Shown here: one piece after another, positions 24,626 through 37,439 of the stretch
How the letters are laid out: every line of letters begins with the position of its first letter
Position numbering within the stretch: the stretch's first letter is position 1
Assembly: GCF_009914755.1 (NCBI RefSeq)
Contig: NC_060931.1
Reading direction: 5' to 3' (one strand)
Source of the DNA: the human T2T-CHM13v2.0 reference genome, Homo sapiens
DNA length: 64,000 nucleotides
Made by a program: the position numbers and the translations under genes
Notes under the pieces: generated by a model
Told to the model about the DNA's origin: nothing
The model's input: only the letters and a program-made list of their open reading frames with translations
The model's database searches: none

Positions 24626-25234
24626 TGTTCTGTGTGGGAGATGTGCAAGGGGAGAAGAAAATACACACGCACAATACCTTTAAGGGTAAACAACTTTTAT
24701 CCCACATAAATGCAATGCATATATAATAAGCAAATGATATAATGAGCAAATTGATATAATAAGCAAATTGCAAAGGGAAGAGGAGAAAGGAAAAGATGTG
24801 TATATCTGTATATATTTATATATATATATCTTTACACTCATCAGACTATGAAGGATTCATCACCAGACTGGGAAGCAACAGCCTGGGCTCCAGAGTCGGA
24901 CACTCATTCATGCACAGATGAGAAGAGGTTTCATAAAGCTTCAGAGTGGTCTGGGACCCTAGCTCTTTTTGTAATGAGTTGCTTGGCATGAGGCCCAGTC
25001 ACGAGGGCCCTTCGCAACTGGGCTCAAGGAACACAAACAGGTCAACTTGTTTTTGTGATTGTCTGTTGTTTTTAAATAACTAACATATAGGAATAGATTG
25101 AAATAGAGATTTCTCCAAAACAGTGCTGGATAAATACCTCAAGGGCCTCATGCAACCTGTTCCAGGACTTGGTGACCATTGTTTGTGTCCATGTTCATTT
25201 GAGTTCAAATTTAATATTTAACTTTTCCTTCACA
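24626..25234 (-). mobile_element. LTR18B-like solo LTR (ERVL)
   Basis: Minus strand begins TGTGAAGGAAAAGTTAAATATTAAATTTGAACTC; TG...CA ends; perfect 5-bp TSD GTTGG at 24621-24625 and 25235-25239. Confidence 0.85.
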
Positions 25235-25479
25235 GTTGGGAGAACCACCATGATAAATGCTGCTTTAATATCCTGAGGCAGTTAAAAGTTATCCATAATA
25301 TGGGCCATATTTAATATATTCCTATCAATTTTAATGTATCAGGAATTTGTGTTGCTGATGTTTAACTCTACATAGAGAAAGGAATTAACCAATCAGTGGA
25401 ACTTCTGAAGTTCTTCCTGGTGCATGGTGGTTAGCCACAGCATTAATATAACATATAGTAATTATAAATGTGTCATAAG

Positions 25480-26050
25480 ACTAATAAAGCTAAAAGTATA
25501 ATTTTTAGAATAACTTATAAGAGAAAATCTTTGTATTATTTTGGTAGTAAAGATATTTTAGGGAGGGCATAAAAAGCACTGATTATAAAAGAAAAATAGT
25601 TGATAATTTAACTTCTTCAATATTAAAAACTCTTGCTCATTAAAACAAATCATTAAGTAAATAAAAAGGAAAACCAGGGACTGAAAAAGATGAGTCCAGT
25701 GGCAAAGAAATTAAATTTTATAAATAACTCCTTCAAATCAATAATTGAAGTAAAATAATTCACTAAAACTGGCCAAAATACTTAGACACTTAATATTAGA
25801 AGATATATGAAATGCCAAGAAATACATGAAAAGTTGATCAGCATCATTTGTTATTAAGGAAATACAAATTAAGTTCATAGTGAGATACTACTTAAACATA
25901 CACTTGAATGGATAAAATTAAAAAGAATGAAAACCCCAAATCTGGATCTCTTATACATTGCTGGAGGGAGTGTAAAACTCTCATTCTGGAAAATATTAGA
26001 CATTGTCATATAAAATTAAACATTCATCTTCCCTGTGTCCTAGTCATTCA
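25480..26050 (+). mobile_element. Ancient L1ME-type ORF2 3' fragment
   Basis: AAATACAAATTAAGTTCATAGTGAGATACTAC...CATTGCTGGAGGGAGTGTAAA (degenerate ORF2 C-terminus). Confidence 0.65.
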
Positions 26051-26419
26051 CTCTCAAGGGTTCTTTAGAGACTCTACAGGGAATGCAGAGAGGTTGAGGG
26101 TAAGAGTGTTAGAGAAGGAAGAGTAATAGCTGCTTGCCATAGAAGGCAGTAGCATCCAGCAACATCAGTAATAGCATGACAACTTTCAAACCTATCTAAC
26201 TCACTTCGAAAATATACAACTGATGTATGTGTTTTTATTTTTTACACTTACAACCAGGACATTATTTCTGAACACACCCAATGCTGTAATTCAATTCTTC
26301 ACATGGCTATCATTGTTTTTAACCAACTTTCAGCTCAGTCATCTCTTCTGGGAAGCCTTTCTTGATTCCCTAGTCTAAGGTTTAGAACCCTCCATTGTGT
26401 CTCAGAAGCCAGTCCAGAG

Positions 26420-26935
26420 AGGTACTCTCTGCTTCACTCCCAGGCAGAACTCCAGGCATTCAAAACATTGACTTGCTTGGACCAACAGCCTGAGCCACCC
26501 CACCCTGCCTGTGTGGAGTTCCTGGTGCAGGGGAGCACTCTCCACTTCACATTCAAACATATCTGCAGGCATTTGGGTCACCTACTCATCTGGATCAGCA
26601 GCCTGAGCTGATCCACCCTTCTTGTGCGTAGATCATGGTGCAGCAGGGCCCTTTATGCTTCACACTCAGGTAGATCTCCAGGAATTCAGTGCACCTGCTC
26701 ACCCAAATCTGCAGCCTGAACCACTGCACCCTTTTTGTGTAGGGATCTTGATGCAAGAGGACCTCCTTGTTTTACACCAGGGAATATCCCCAGGTATTTA
26801 GGGTACCCATTCACCTGGATTAACATGAGCCACCTCACCATTCCTGTGCAGAGATAGTGGTGCAGTAGGTCCCTCTATACTCCATACTCAGAAAGATCTC
26901 CAGGCACTGGAGCACCCATGCTCCTAGATTAGGAG
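26420..26935 (+). repeat. Tandem array of ~113-bp monomers (about 4.5-5 copies) in the L1 5'UTR
   Basis: Anchor (T/C)(C/G)CAGG recurs at 26451, 26564, 26677, 26789 and 26899; CAGCCTGA...CACC and (G/A)TGCA motifs recur at the same period. Confidence 0.85.
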
Positions 26936-28843
26936 TTCCTCTGGGCATGTGGTGGCCACTCATTGTATGCTCTCTTGTACTGGTACTTGTGCCTGCCATC
27001 CTGGAAATAAAGAAAAAGAAAAAAATCCCATCTGCATGAAAATATTTACAAAAATTAGAAGTGCTGGTGTCTCAGATGAGAAGGAAACAGTGCAAGAATT
27101 CTGACACCATGAAAAATCTCAATGTATTGATACCACCAAAGGATCACACTAGCTCTCTACCAATGGTCCCTAACAAAAATAAAAACTCAGAAATGATAGA
27201 TAATGAATTCAAAGCATGGATCAAAAGGAGGCTCAGTAAGAGCCAAACAGTGTTGAAAATTAACATAAGCCACTTCTAAAGAAATCCAGGAAATGAAGGA
27301 AGAGAGATAAACATGTTAAAAAGAACTCTATCGGAGCTTCTGGAATTGAAAATATTACTTAAGGAATTTTGCAATATAATTGAAAGCTTTATCAGTAGAC
27401 TGGACCAAGCAGAAGAAAGAATTTTAGAGCTTAAAGACTGGTCTTTGACCTAACCCAGTCAGAGACAAATAAAGAAAAAAGAATTTATAAAAGTGAATAA
27501 AGTCTTCAAAAATATGGGATTATATAAAGTGGCTAAACCTATGAATTACTGGCATTCTTGACACAGAAAGAGACAAGCAACCTGGAAAACATTTTTGAGG
27601 GAATAATTTAAGAAAATGTCCCTAACCTCACTAGAGAGGCAGACATTCAGATACAAGAAACCCAGGGAACACCTGTGAGATACTATGCAAAATGAACATC
27701 ACCAAGAATATAGTCATTGGACTGTCCAAGTCATTGCTAAAGAGAAATTCTTAAAGGCAACTAGAAAAACTGACCAGATCACATAAAAATGGAATCCCAT
27801 CAGGCTAACAGTGGGCTTCTTAGCACAAACCTAACAATCCAGTAGAGATTGGCAGCCTATTTTCAGCATTCTTAAAGAAAAGAAATTCCAACCGAGAATT
27901 TCATATCCTGCCAAACTAAGCTTCATAAGTGAAGACAAAATAACATTTTTTCCAGTCAAACAATCTCTAAGAAAATGTTTAGCCACCAGAACAGCCTTAA
28001 AGAGATCCTGAAGGGAGTTCTAAACACAGAAGTGAAATGACAATATCTGCTAACACAATAACTCACTTAAGAACGGAGCCCACAAACCCTATAAATCAAC
28101 TGCACAATAGAAACCTAAAAGCAACCAGCTAACAACTTTATGACAGGTTAGAAGCTTCACATATCAATATTAACCTTGAGTATGAATGGTCTAAATGCAC
28201 CACTTAAAGGCAAATAGTGGAAGGCAAATAAAAAACCAAGACTCATTGTTCAGCTGTCCTCAAGAGACCCATTTCACACATCATGACATGCATAGGCTCA
28301 AAGTACAGCAGGGGAGAAAGACCCATCATGCAACAGAACAGCAAAAAGAGCAAGGGTTGTTATACTTGCTTCTGACAAAAGAGAATTTAAACCACCAGCA
28401 GTAAAAGACAAGGAAGGGCATTACATAATGATAAAGGATTCAATTCAACAAGAGGACTTAACTACATAAATATATGTGCACCCAACATTGGAGCACCCAG
28501 ATTCATAAAACAAGTATTTCTAGACATACAAATAGAATTAGACAGCTCACAATAATAGTGGAGAAGTTTAACATCCCACTGACAGTGTTAGACAGATCAC
28601 TGAGGCAGAAAATTAACAAAGAAATTCTGGAATTAAATTCAACACTTGACCAATTGTACCTAACAGAAATCTACAGAATACTCCACCCATAGCTGTAGAA
28701 TATACAGTTTTCTCATCTGCACAAAGAACACACTCCAATATTTATCACATGCTTGGCCTTGAGGCAAGTCTCAATTAACTTTAAAAAATCAAAATCAAAC
28801 CAACCATACTCTCAGAGTAGAGTGGAATAAAAATAGAAATCAA

Positions 28844-29141
28844 GGACAGGTGCGGTGGCTCATGCCTGTAATTCCAGCACTTTGGGAGGCCCAGGCGGGT
28901 GGATCACAAGGTCAGGAGTTCAAGACCTGATAGTGGTCTTGATGGTGAAACCCCGTTTCAAACTAAAAATACAAAAATTAGCCAGGCTTGATGATGGGCA
29001 CCTGTAATCCCAACTACTCAGGAGGCTGAGACAGGGAATTGCTTGAGCCTGGGAGGTGGAGGTTGCAGTGAGCTGAGACTGCATTGCTGCACTCCAGCCT
29101 GGGCAACAGAGCGAGACTCTTTCTCAAAAAAAAAAAAAAAA
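28844..29141 (+). mobile_element. AluS inserted in L1 ORF2
   Basis: Full-length Alu with A-tail; TSD AAATCAA. Confidence 0.94.
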
Positions 29142-32100
29142 ATCAATACCAGCAGAAATAGAAATGAAATGAATCCAGCAACACATCAAAAAGATCTCTC
29201 AAAATTCAATCATTAATAAACCTGCCAATGAGAAAAACTCCTGACCAGATGGATTTATGGTAGAATTCTAACAGATGTACAGAAAAAAGCTGGTACTGAT
29301 CCTATCGAATCTATTCAAAACAATTCAGGAAGAAGGACTTCTCTTTAACTCATTATAAGAAGCCAACATCACACTGACATCAAAATCTGGCAAGACATAA
29401 GTGAAAAAGAAAAATTACAGGCCAATATCCCTGAGAAACCTAGATGCAAACATCATCAGCAAAATACTAGCAAACTGAATCCAGCAGCACATCAAAAGGT
29501 AGTTTACCACAATCAAGCAGGCTGCATTCTTGGGATGTGAGGTTGATTCAACATATGGAAATCAATAAATGTGATTCACCACATAAAATTAAAAACAAAA
29601 TCCACATGAGCATCTCAATAGACATGGAACAAGCTTTCAATAAAATCCAACATCTCTTTAAAATAAAAACCCTCAAGAAACTAGCCATTGAATACTGGAG
29701 AACTTGAGAACTGGAACAAGAGAAGGATGCCCACTCCCACCACTCCTGTTCAGCATAGTACTGGGAATTCTAGCCAAAACAATCAGGGAAGAGAAAGAAA
29801 TGGAAGGCATCCAAACAGGAAAAGAAGAAGGCACACTATCTCTCTTCACTGGCAATATAAATCTATACCTAGAAAACCCTAAAGACTCCACCAAAAGCCT
29901 TCTGGAACTGATAAATGACTTCAATAAAGTTTCAGAATAGAAAACCAAGGTACAAAGATCAGTATCATTTCCATACACCAATAACATCCAAGCTGAGAAC
30001 CAAATCAAGAATGCAATCGCATTTACAATAGCCACAACAAATAAAATATCTAGGAATACATCTAACCAAGGATATGAAAGATCTCTATAAGGATAACTAC
30101 CAAAAGCTTCTGAAAGAAATCATAGATGACACAAACATATGGAAAAACAGTACATGCTCATGGACAGGAAAAATCAATATTGTTAAAATGGTCATATTGC
30201 CCAAAGCAATATGTAGATTCAACACTCACTATTCCCATCAAACTACCATTATTTTTCACAGAATTAGGAAAAGCTATTTTTAAATTCATGTGGAACAAAA
30301 AAGAGGTTGTATAGCCAAAGCAATCCAAAGCAAAAAGAGCAAAGTTTGAGGCATCACATTACTTGACTTTGAGCTATATTATAAGGCTGCAGTAACCCAA
30401 AGAACATGGCACTGGCATAAAGTCAGACATGTAGACTGATGAAATAGAACAAAGAACCCAGAAATAAAGTCATACACTTACGACCATCTTTCACAAAGTT
30501 GACCAAAATAAACAATGGGGAAAGGATTCCCTGTTCAGTAAATGCTGCTGGGATAAATGGTTAACCATATGCAAAAGTATGAAACTAGACCCCTGTCTTT
30601 CACCATATAGAAAAATTAACTCAAGTTAAATTAAAGAATTAAATGTAAGACTGACAACTCTAAGACTTCTTGAAGAAACATAGGAAGCACCATTCTGGAC
30701 ATTGGACTTGGGAAGGAATTTATGGCTAAGATCCCAAAAGAAAATGCAACAAAATAAAAATTGACAAGTAGCACCTATTAAACTAATATGCTTCTGCATG
30801 GGAAAAGAAACTATCAGCAGATTAAACAGTCAACCTACAGAATGGGAGAAAATATTAACAAACTATACATCTGACAAAGGTCTAATACCAGAATCTAAGG
30901 GGAAGTTAAATCAAAAAGCAAAAACCAAATAACCACATTATAAAGTGGGCAAAAGACATGAACAAACATTTCTCAAAAGAAGACATAGAACTGACCAATG
31001 AACATATGAAAAAAAGCTCCACATCACTAATCAACAGAGAAATGTAACTCAAAACTGCAGTGAGATACCATCTCACACCAGCCAGAATGGCTACTATGAA
31101 AAAGTCAAAAAACAACAGATGCTGGCGAGGTTGTGGAGAAAAAAAAACAACAACACTTATGCACTGTCAGTGGGAATGTAAATTAGTTCAGCCACTGTGG
31201 AAAGCAGCTTGGAGATATTTCAAATAACTTAAAACTGAGCTTCCATTCAGCCCAGCCATCCTATTACTGGTTATATATCCAAAGGGAAAATATATTGTTC
31301 TTCCAAAAAGCCTCATGCATTTGTATGTTCATAGCAGCGTCATTCACAATGGCAAAGACATAGAATCAGCCTTGGTGCCCATTAGTGGTAGAATGGATAA
31401 AGAAAATGTGGTGCATATACATCATGGAATACTTTGCAGCCATAAAAATGAAGGAGATCATGTCCTTTGCAGCAACATAAATAGAGCTGGAGGCCATTAC
31501 TTTAACAAATTAATGCAGAAACAGAAAACCAAATACTACATGTTCTTACCTATAAGTGGGAGCTAAACAATGTGTACCCATGGATATAGAAGTGGGAACA
31601 ACAGAAACTGGAGCTACTAGAGGGGGAAAGGGGCAAGGGGGTAAACGCTGAAAAACAATCTGATACTATGCTCAGAACCTAGGTGGCAGAATTAATTGTA
31701 CCCTAAACCTCATATCATGCAATATACTCACGTAAAAAACATGCTCATGTACTGCTTGAATCTAAAAGAAAAGTTGAAATTAAAAAACAAAATTTAAAAA
31801 GTGCACCTACTGCACAGCCTTGTTGTGAGAATACAATAAGATGATATGCGTAAGGGCCTCCAGTGCCTGGTTAGTACAAAGTTATAAGAAAACCTGCTTT
31901 CTAGGGAAGGCTTCTTCATCTCAGAACACTTAATTAGCTATCTAATATTTAAGAAAAGAAATATAAAAAATATAAAAATTTTAAAACAAAGATTTGGCAG
32001 TTTTGTTGCAGCTTGGAAGGTGATGCTATTTTTATCCCAATAAGGATTAAAAGGCAGGTTAGGAATAAATAAAATGTAGCTTGAAATAATTAGTTTAGCT

Positions 32101-33003
32101 GAATGGCTTCAATATTGACCTAAAATCCAAGGCATGACCATGAAGTAATATGACAGGAGTGAAAAAAATACACTGAGCGCTTAACTTGACTTTGAGGTCT
32201 ACAACCTTCCAAGCAATGAATATTACTTTGGAAAACAATATTAATACTCAATTTAAATTTATTATCCCTGTTAAATACTTTGGAACTTTTCCATAAGAAC
32301 CACCAGTCCTAAGGTCTGGAAGGTCTCCAGGTGTAGTCTTTATACCTTGAAGGCAAACTTCTATTTTTTGAGAAAAAAATAATACCCTAATTTATTAGAT
32401 TTAGTATCAAATCTAGTAAATTAGGTGACTTAAATGTAAAATACATTTTTAAGTGAGCTTTTTAAAAATTGATTGTATAATTTGAATTGAGGTATATGAG
32501 GGAGACACAGATGTATTCAACCTGGAGCCAGTTAGGCTGCTTGCAAGGGAAAGCTATGTATACACTGCTTAGGGTTTAGCTACAGTAATGATTGGGTGGG
32601 TCAGTGACACTGCTGGTGTTTTATTCAACCATTGGATTGAATGAAGGTCTTTTTCTCATTTAATTTATCAATATTGGTGGGAATCAGGTGAATAACCTGC
32701 AGTGGGAAGCACAGCCTGAAGCAGTGACTTCAAACAGGCCAGTCAGGAGCCTGAAAAGGGAGGGAAATGGAGCTCCCCTTGGTGCTTCCTGGGCAGCCTG
32801 TTCTCCCCTGCAGGTGTCCTTCAGCTGCTCAGACAGCTCCAGAACCACTGCAGATTCTGAGAAGTTACAAGGAGCCCAGGAAAGCAGGAGACCCACAGGC
32901 AGATGTGGTTGGATGGTTCTGTCCTTTCTGAGGTTGTACCTCTGGTGCCTGGGGTAGTTTTTGGACAGCGTTTTCATTTTGACATGCACACCATCACTGG
33001 AGT

Positions 33004-33459
33004 TGATGCAGGATAGGTGATCCCCAATGTGGGGCTTTGCCTACTAGGGTTCCTGGCTTTGTCCAGGAAAGAATTCAAGGGCAAGGCAGATGTAGAAGAA
33101 AACAGCTTTATTGAAGTGGCAGTTTTGCAGCTCCAGCAGTGTCACAGCTCTGTGACTGCTCCTGCAGAGCAGGGCTACCCTGTAGGCAGGAGAGTAGCAG
33201 TTTAGGGAAATTTTGCGCAGTCACATTTATACCCACTTTTAATAACGTGCAGATTAGGAAGTGGTTTCTGTAGAAATTTCTAGGGAAAGAGTGGGAACTC
33301 TTGAGGCATTAGGTCATTGCCATAGAAAGGGGTAGTAACTTGTGAGTATTGTCACAGCAACGGTAAACTGACCGGGCACACTGGTGGTTGTGTCTGTTGG
33401 AAAGCTGTTTTATCTAGTCCTCAATCTGGTCGGATGTCTGGGCCCCACCACCTTCCTCA
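33004..33459 (-). mobile_element. MER66-like solo LTR (ERV1)
   Basis: TG...CA termini; reverse AATAAA (TTTATT, ~33107); 4-bp TSD GAGT at 33000-33003 and 33460-33463. Confidence 0.8.
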
Positions 33460-33691
33460 GAGTCAGACTGTAATTTATATATGAAGAAGATTTGTGAAAG
33501 TCTGACTTAGAGCAAAACCTGTTTGGGGTGTCTCCTGGGGAAAAAGTTTATGAATTTGACAGTTTATTTCGGTCAGAACCCTAAACTGATTCCACATGAG
33601 AGTGTCCTGTTATTAAAAATGAAGGTCTTGAAGACAGAAGTTCTTCTACACCAAAAGAGTGGATGGCATGTTGAGTTTTAAGAGTTAAATT

Positions 33692-34107
33692 TGCAAAATT
33701 TGTCAGAATCAAAATGAAGTCACTAATGTTAAGAAAACCTTGACAAATAGAGCCAGGGAAGGCCATGAAGAGAGGGATCACATTCTGTATGCCTGGTAAC
33801 AAAAACCATCACAAAAGACTGCAAAACCTACCACCTTGCACGAAGGCCATCACAGCCTTACCCAAAAGGATATTTCGGCAAGGATATCTGCCCAGTAACT
33901 GCCTGGCCGACCTCAGACTGATGTCACTCTTATTATTAATCTCTGTAGCCTCAGATAATTATTTCAAAACAATTGCGTGTTCCTCTTTATTTTTTCCTTT
34001 AAAACCCTTCGTCTTCTCTTGCCTCCCTGAATATACACATAGTTTTTTATGACATGTGTATTCCCATTGCAATGCTTTATGACCAAATGAACATTGTCTC
34101 TTTTAGA
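33692..34107 (+). mobile_element. MER34A-like LTR, 3'-truncated
   Basis: TGCAAAATTTGTCAGAATCAAAATGAAGTCAC start; homologous to 4871-5172 plus 8331-8524. Confidence 0.82.
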
Positions 34108-35370
34108 AAAAACAAACAAAACAAACCCAAAGTGGTTTTGGCCATTTTACAATCCCACTAGCAGTGTTTGAGACTGTGTGTCAGCGTACAACAGATTAAT
34201 TCACATGATTCCCAATGGACAGTGCATTGGTCTTTTCATTTTTAGCTATTTTAATAGATATTTAACAGTATCTCAGCGTGATTTTAATTTGTATTTATGC
34301 TAGGATTAATAATGTCAGGCATCTCTGTATGTGATTATTTATCATCTGTATGTTTTTCTTGGTTAAATATCCATCCAAATCTTTTCCCTTTTTTATTTTT
34401 TCTTGTTTTTTAGTGAGATTTAAAAGTTCTTTATATATTATATTTATAAACATTTTATAAGATTTATCTTTCTAGACATTTCTGCCAGTCTGTGACTTAT
34501 ATTTTCATTCTATTGACAAGTTCTTTTGATAAGGTGCAATTTATCAGTTATTTTTTGAGTCATGTTTCTGGTGTTTAATCTAAGAAATCTTTGTTCAAAC
34601 AAGGGTCACAGAAATGTTCTATATTTTTTCTTACAAGTCTTATTGTTTTAGGCTTTACACTTAAGTCTATGACACATTTCAAGTTAATTTTTATGTATGT
34701 GATACATACATCCAAGTTAGTATTTTGCAAATGGATATCCAATTGTTACAGCACTGTATGTAGAAAATAGTATCCGTTTCCACTGAATTGACTTTGTATA
34801 TCTAAAAAGATCAGATGTCCATATTTGACATATAGGACTATGTCTGGACTTTCTGTCCAGGTCCATCAATACACTTGTCTATCTTGAGCCCTATTCTGCA
34901 CTGTCTTAATTATTTTAGCTTTTTCATAAATCTTGAAACCCACTTTATATCTTCTTTTTCAGAGTTGTTTTGGCTATTCTATGTTCTCTGCATTTCCATA
35001 TGTATTTTAGATCCATCTTGTCAAGTTCTATAGTACTAAAAGCAAACAAAAACATAAACAAACAAAAAAAATGCCACTGGGATTTTTTAATTAAACATTT
35101 TACTTTGAGATGATAGTTTCACATGAAGTTGTAAGGGATAAAATAAAACTACTGGGTCATGACATATTATCTTTTTCTACATTTTGTTAGATTTTATTTA
35201 CTATAATTATGTTTGAAGGTTTTTTTTGTATTTGTAAGAGACATTATTCTGTCTTATTTTGTCTTATTTTGTTATCAGTGTTATACTGGTATCATATAAT
35301 TAGTTGAAAATGATTTCATATTTTTCAATTTTATGGAAGAGTTTCTGTAGAATTAGTATTTTTTTCCTTA

Positions 35371-37439
35371 TTTTTTTTTCCTGCAACTTTTAATTTCCAG
35401 GGTACACGTGCAGGAAGTGCAGGTTTGTAACATAGGTAAACATGTGCTATGGTGGTTTGCAGCACAGATCAATTCATCACCTTGGTATTAAGCCCAGCAT
35501 CCATTAGCTTTCCTTCCTGATAATCTTCTCCCCCCAAACCCCCTGACAGGGCCCAGTTCGTGTTGTTCCCCCCACCATGTGTCCATGTGTTCTCATTGTT
35601 CAGCTCCCACTTATAAGTGAGAACATGTGGTGTTTGGTTTTCTGTTCCTGTCTTAGTTTGCTGAGGATAATGCATTCCAGTTCCATCCATGTCCCTGCAA
35701 ACGACATGATCTCATTCCTTTTTATGGTTGCATAGTATTCCTTTTTATGGTTGCATGCTATTTATGGTATAGAAAGATCTCAAATTAACAACCTAATATC
35801 ATCACTAAAAGAACTAGAGAACCAAGAACAAAGAAAACCAAAAGCTAGCAGAAAACAATAACCAAGATCAGAGCAGAACTGAAGGAGATGGAGACATGAA
35901 AAACCCTTCAAAAAATCAACAAATCCAGGAGCTGATATTTGGAAAAAGTGATAAAACAGACTGCTAGCTAGTCTAGTAAAGAAGAAAAGAGAGAAGAGTC
36001 AAATAGACACAATCAGAAATGATAAGGGTGATATCACCACTGACCCCAAAGAAATACAAACAACCATCAGAAAATACTATAAACGCCTCTGTGAACATAA
36101 ACTGGGAAGAATTGGTTAAATTCCTGGACACATATACCCTCCCCAGACTGAATCAGGAAGAAATTGAAACCCTGAATAAACCAACAAACAGTTCTGTAAT
36201 TGAGGCAGTAATAGTCTACCAAACAAAAAAAGCCCAGAACCAGACTGATTTACAACTGAATTCCTAAAGGTACAAAGAAGAGCTGGTACCATTTCTACTG
36301 AAACTATTCCAAACAATTGAAAAAGAGCAACTTTTACCTAACTCATTTTATGAAGCCATTATCATCCTGATACCAAAACCTGGCAGAGATACAAAAAAAA
36401 AAGAAAACTTCAGGCCAATATCCCTGACCAACATTGATGCAAAAATCCTCAGTAAAATACTGGCAAACCAAATCAAGCAGCACATCAAAAAGCTTATCTA
36501 CCATGATCAAGTCAGCTTCATCTCTGGGATGCAAGGCTGGCTCAACATAACCAAATCAATAAATGTGATTCATCACATAAACAGTACTAAAGACAAAAAC
36601 CACATGATTGTCACAACAAATGCAGAAAAGACTTTAAATAAAATTCAACATCACTTCATGTTAAAAATTCAATGAACTAAGTATTGATAGAACATATCTC
36701 AAAATAATAAGAGCCATATATGTCAAACCAACAGCCAATATCATACTGAATGGGCAAAACTAGGAACATCCCGCTTGAAAATCGGCACAAGACAAGGATG
36801 CCCTTTCTCACCACTTCTATTCAACATAGTATTGGAAGTTCTGGCCAGGGCAATCGGAGAAAAGAAATAAATAAAGTGTATTCAAATAGAGAGAGAGGAA
36901 GTCAAGTTATCTTTGTTTGCAGATGACATGATCCTATATCTAGATAACCCCATCTTCTCAGCCCAAAAGCTTCTTAAGCTGGTAAGCAACTTCAGCAAAC
37001 TCTCAGGATACAAAATAAATGTGCAAAAAGCTAGGTCTGCTATACATGAACAACAGACAAGCAGAGAGCCAAATAATGAATGTACTCCCATTCACAATTG
37101 CTACAGAAAGAATAAAATACCTAGGAATACAGCTATCAAGGGAAGTGAAAGACCTCTTCAAGGAGAACTACAAACCACTGCTTAAGGAAATGAGAGAGGA
37201 CACAAACAAATGGAAAAACATTTCATGCTCATGGATAGAAAGAATCAACATTGTGAAAATGGCCATATGGCCCAAAGTAATTTATAGACTCAATGCTATT
37301 CCCATTAAACTACCATTGACATTTTTTACATAATTAGAATGAACTATTTTAAGATTCATATGGAACCAAAACCAGAGCTCCTATAAACAAGACAATCCTA
37401 AGTAAAAAGAACAAAGCTGGAGGCATCATGCTACTTGAC
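35371..37439 (-). mobile_element. 5'-inverted (twin-primed) L1PA element
   Basis: T-tail and 3'UTR on the minus strand (35371-35770) joined to a plus-strand ORF2 segment (35770-37439, contains [10 protein letters not shown]); TSD TTTTT(C/T)CTTA on both sides. Confidence 0.88.

Larger units (their letters stand above)
26410..31800 (+). mobile_element. Near full-length, internally deleted L1PA15/16-like LINE-1
   Basis: 5'UTR remnant; ORF1 start MRRKQCKNSDTMKNLNV at 27076; ORF2 start at 28140; RT and C-terminal fragments; 3'UTR ending GAATCTAAAAGAAAAGTTGAAATT plus A-rich tail; many stops and frameshifts. Confidence 0.93.

Noticed and set aside
26420-26935. CRISPR-like repeat-spacer array
   Set aside because: The whole unit is homologous (no unique spacers), the DNA is primate, and the array is contiguous with L1 ORF1.
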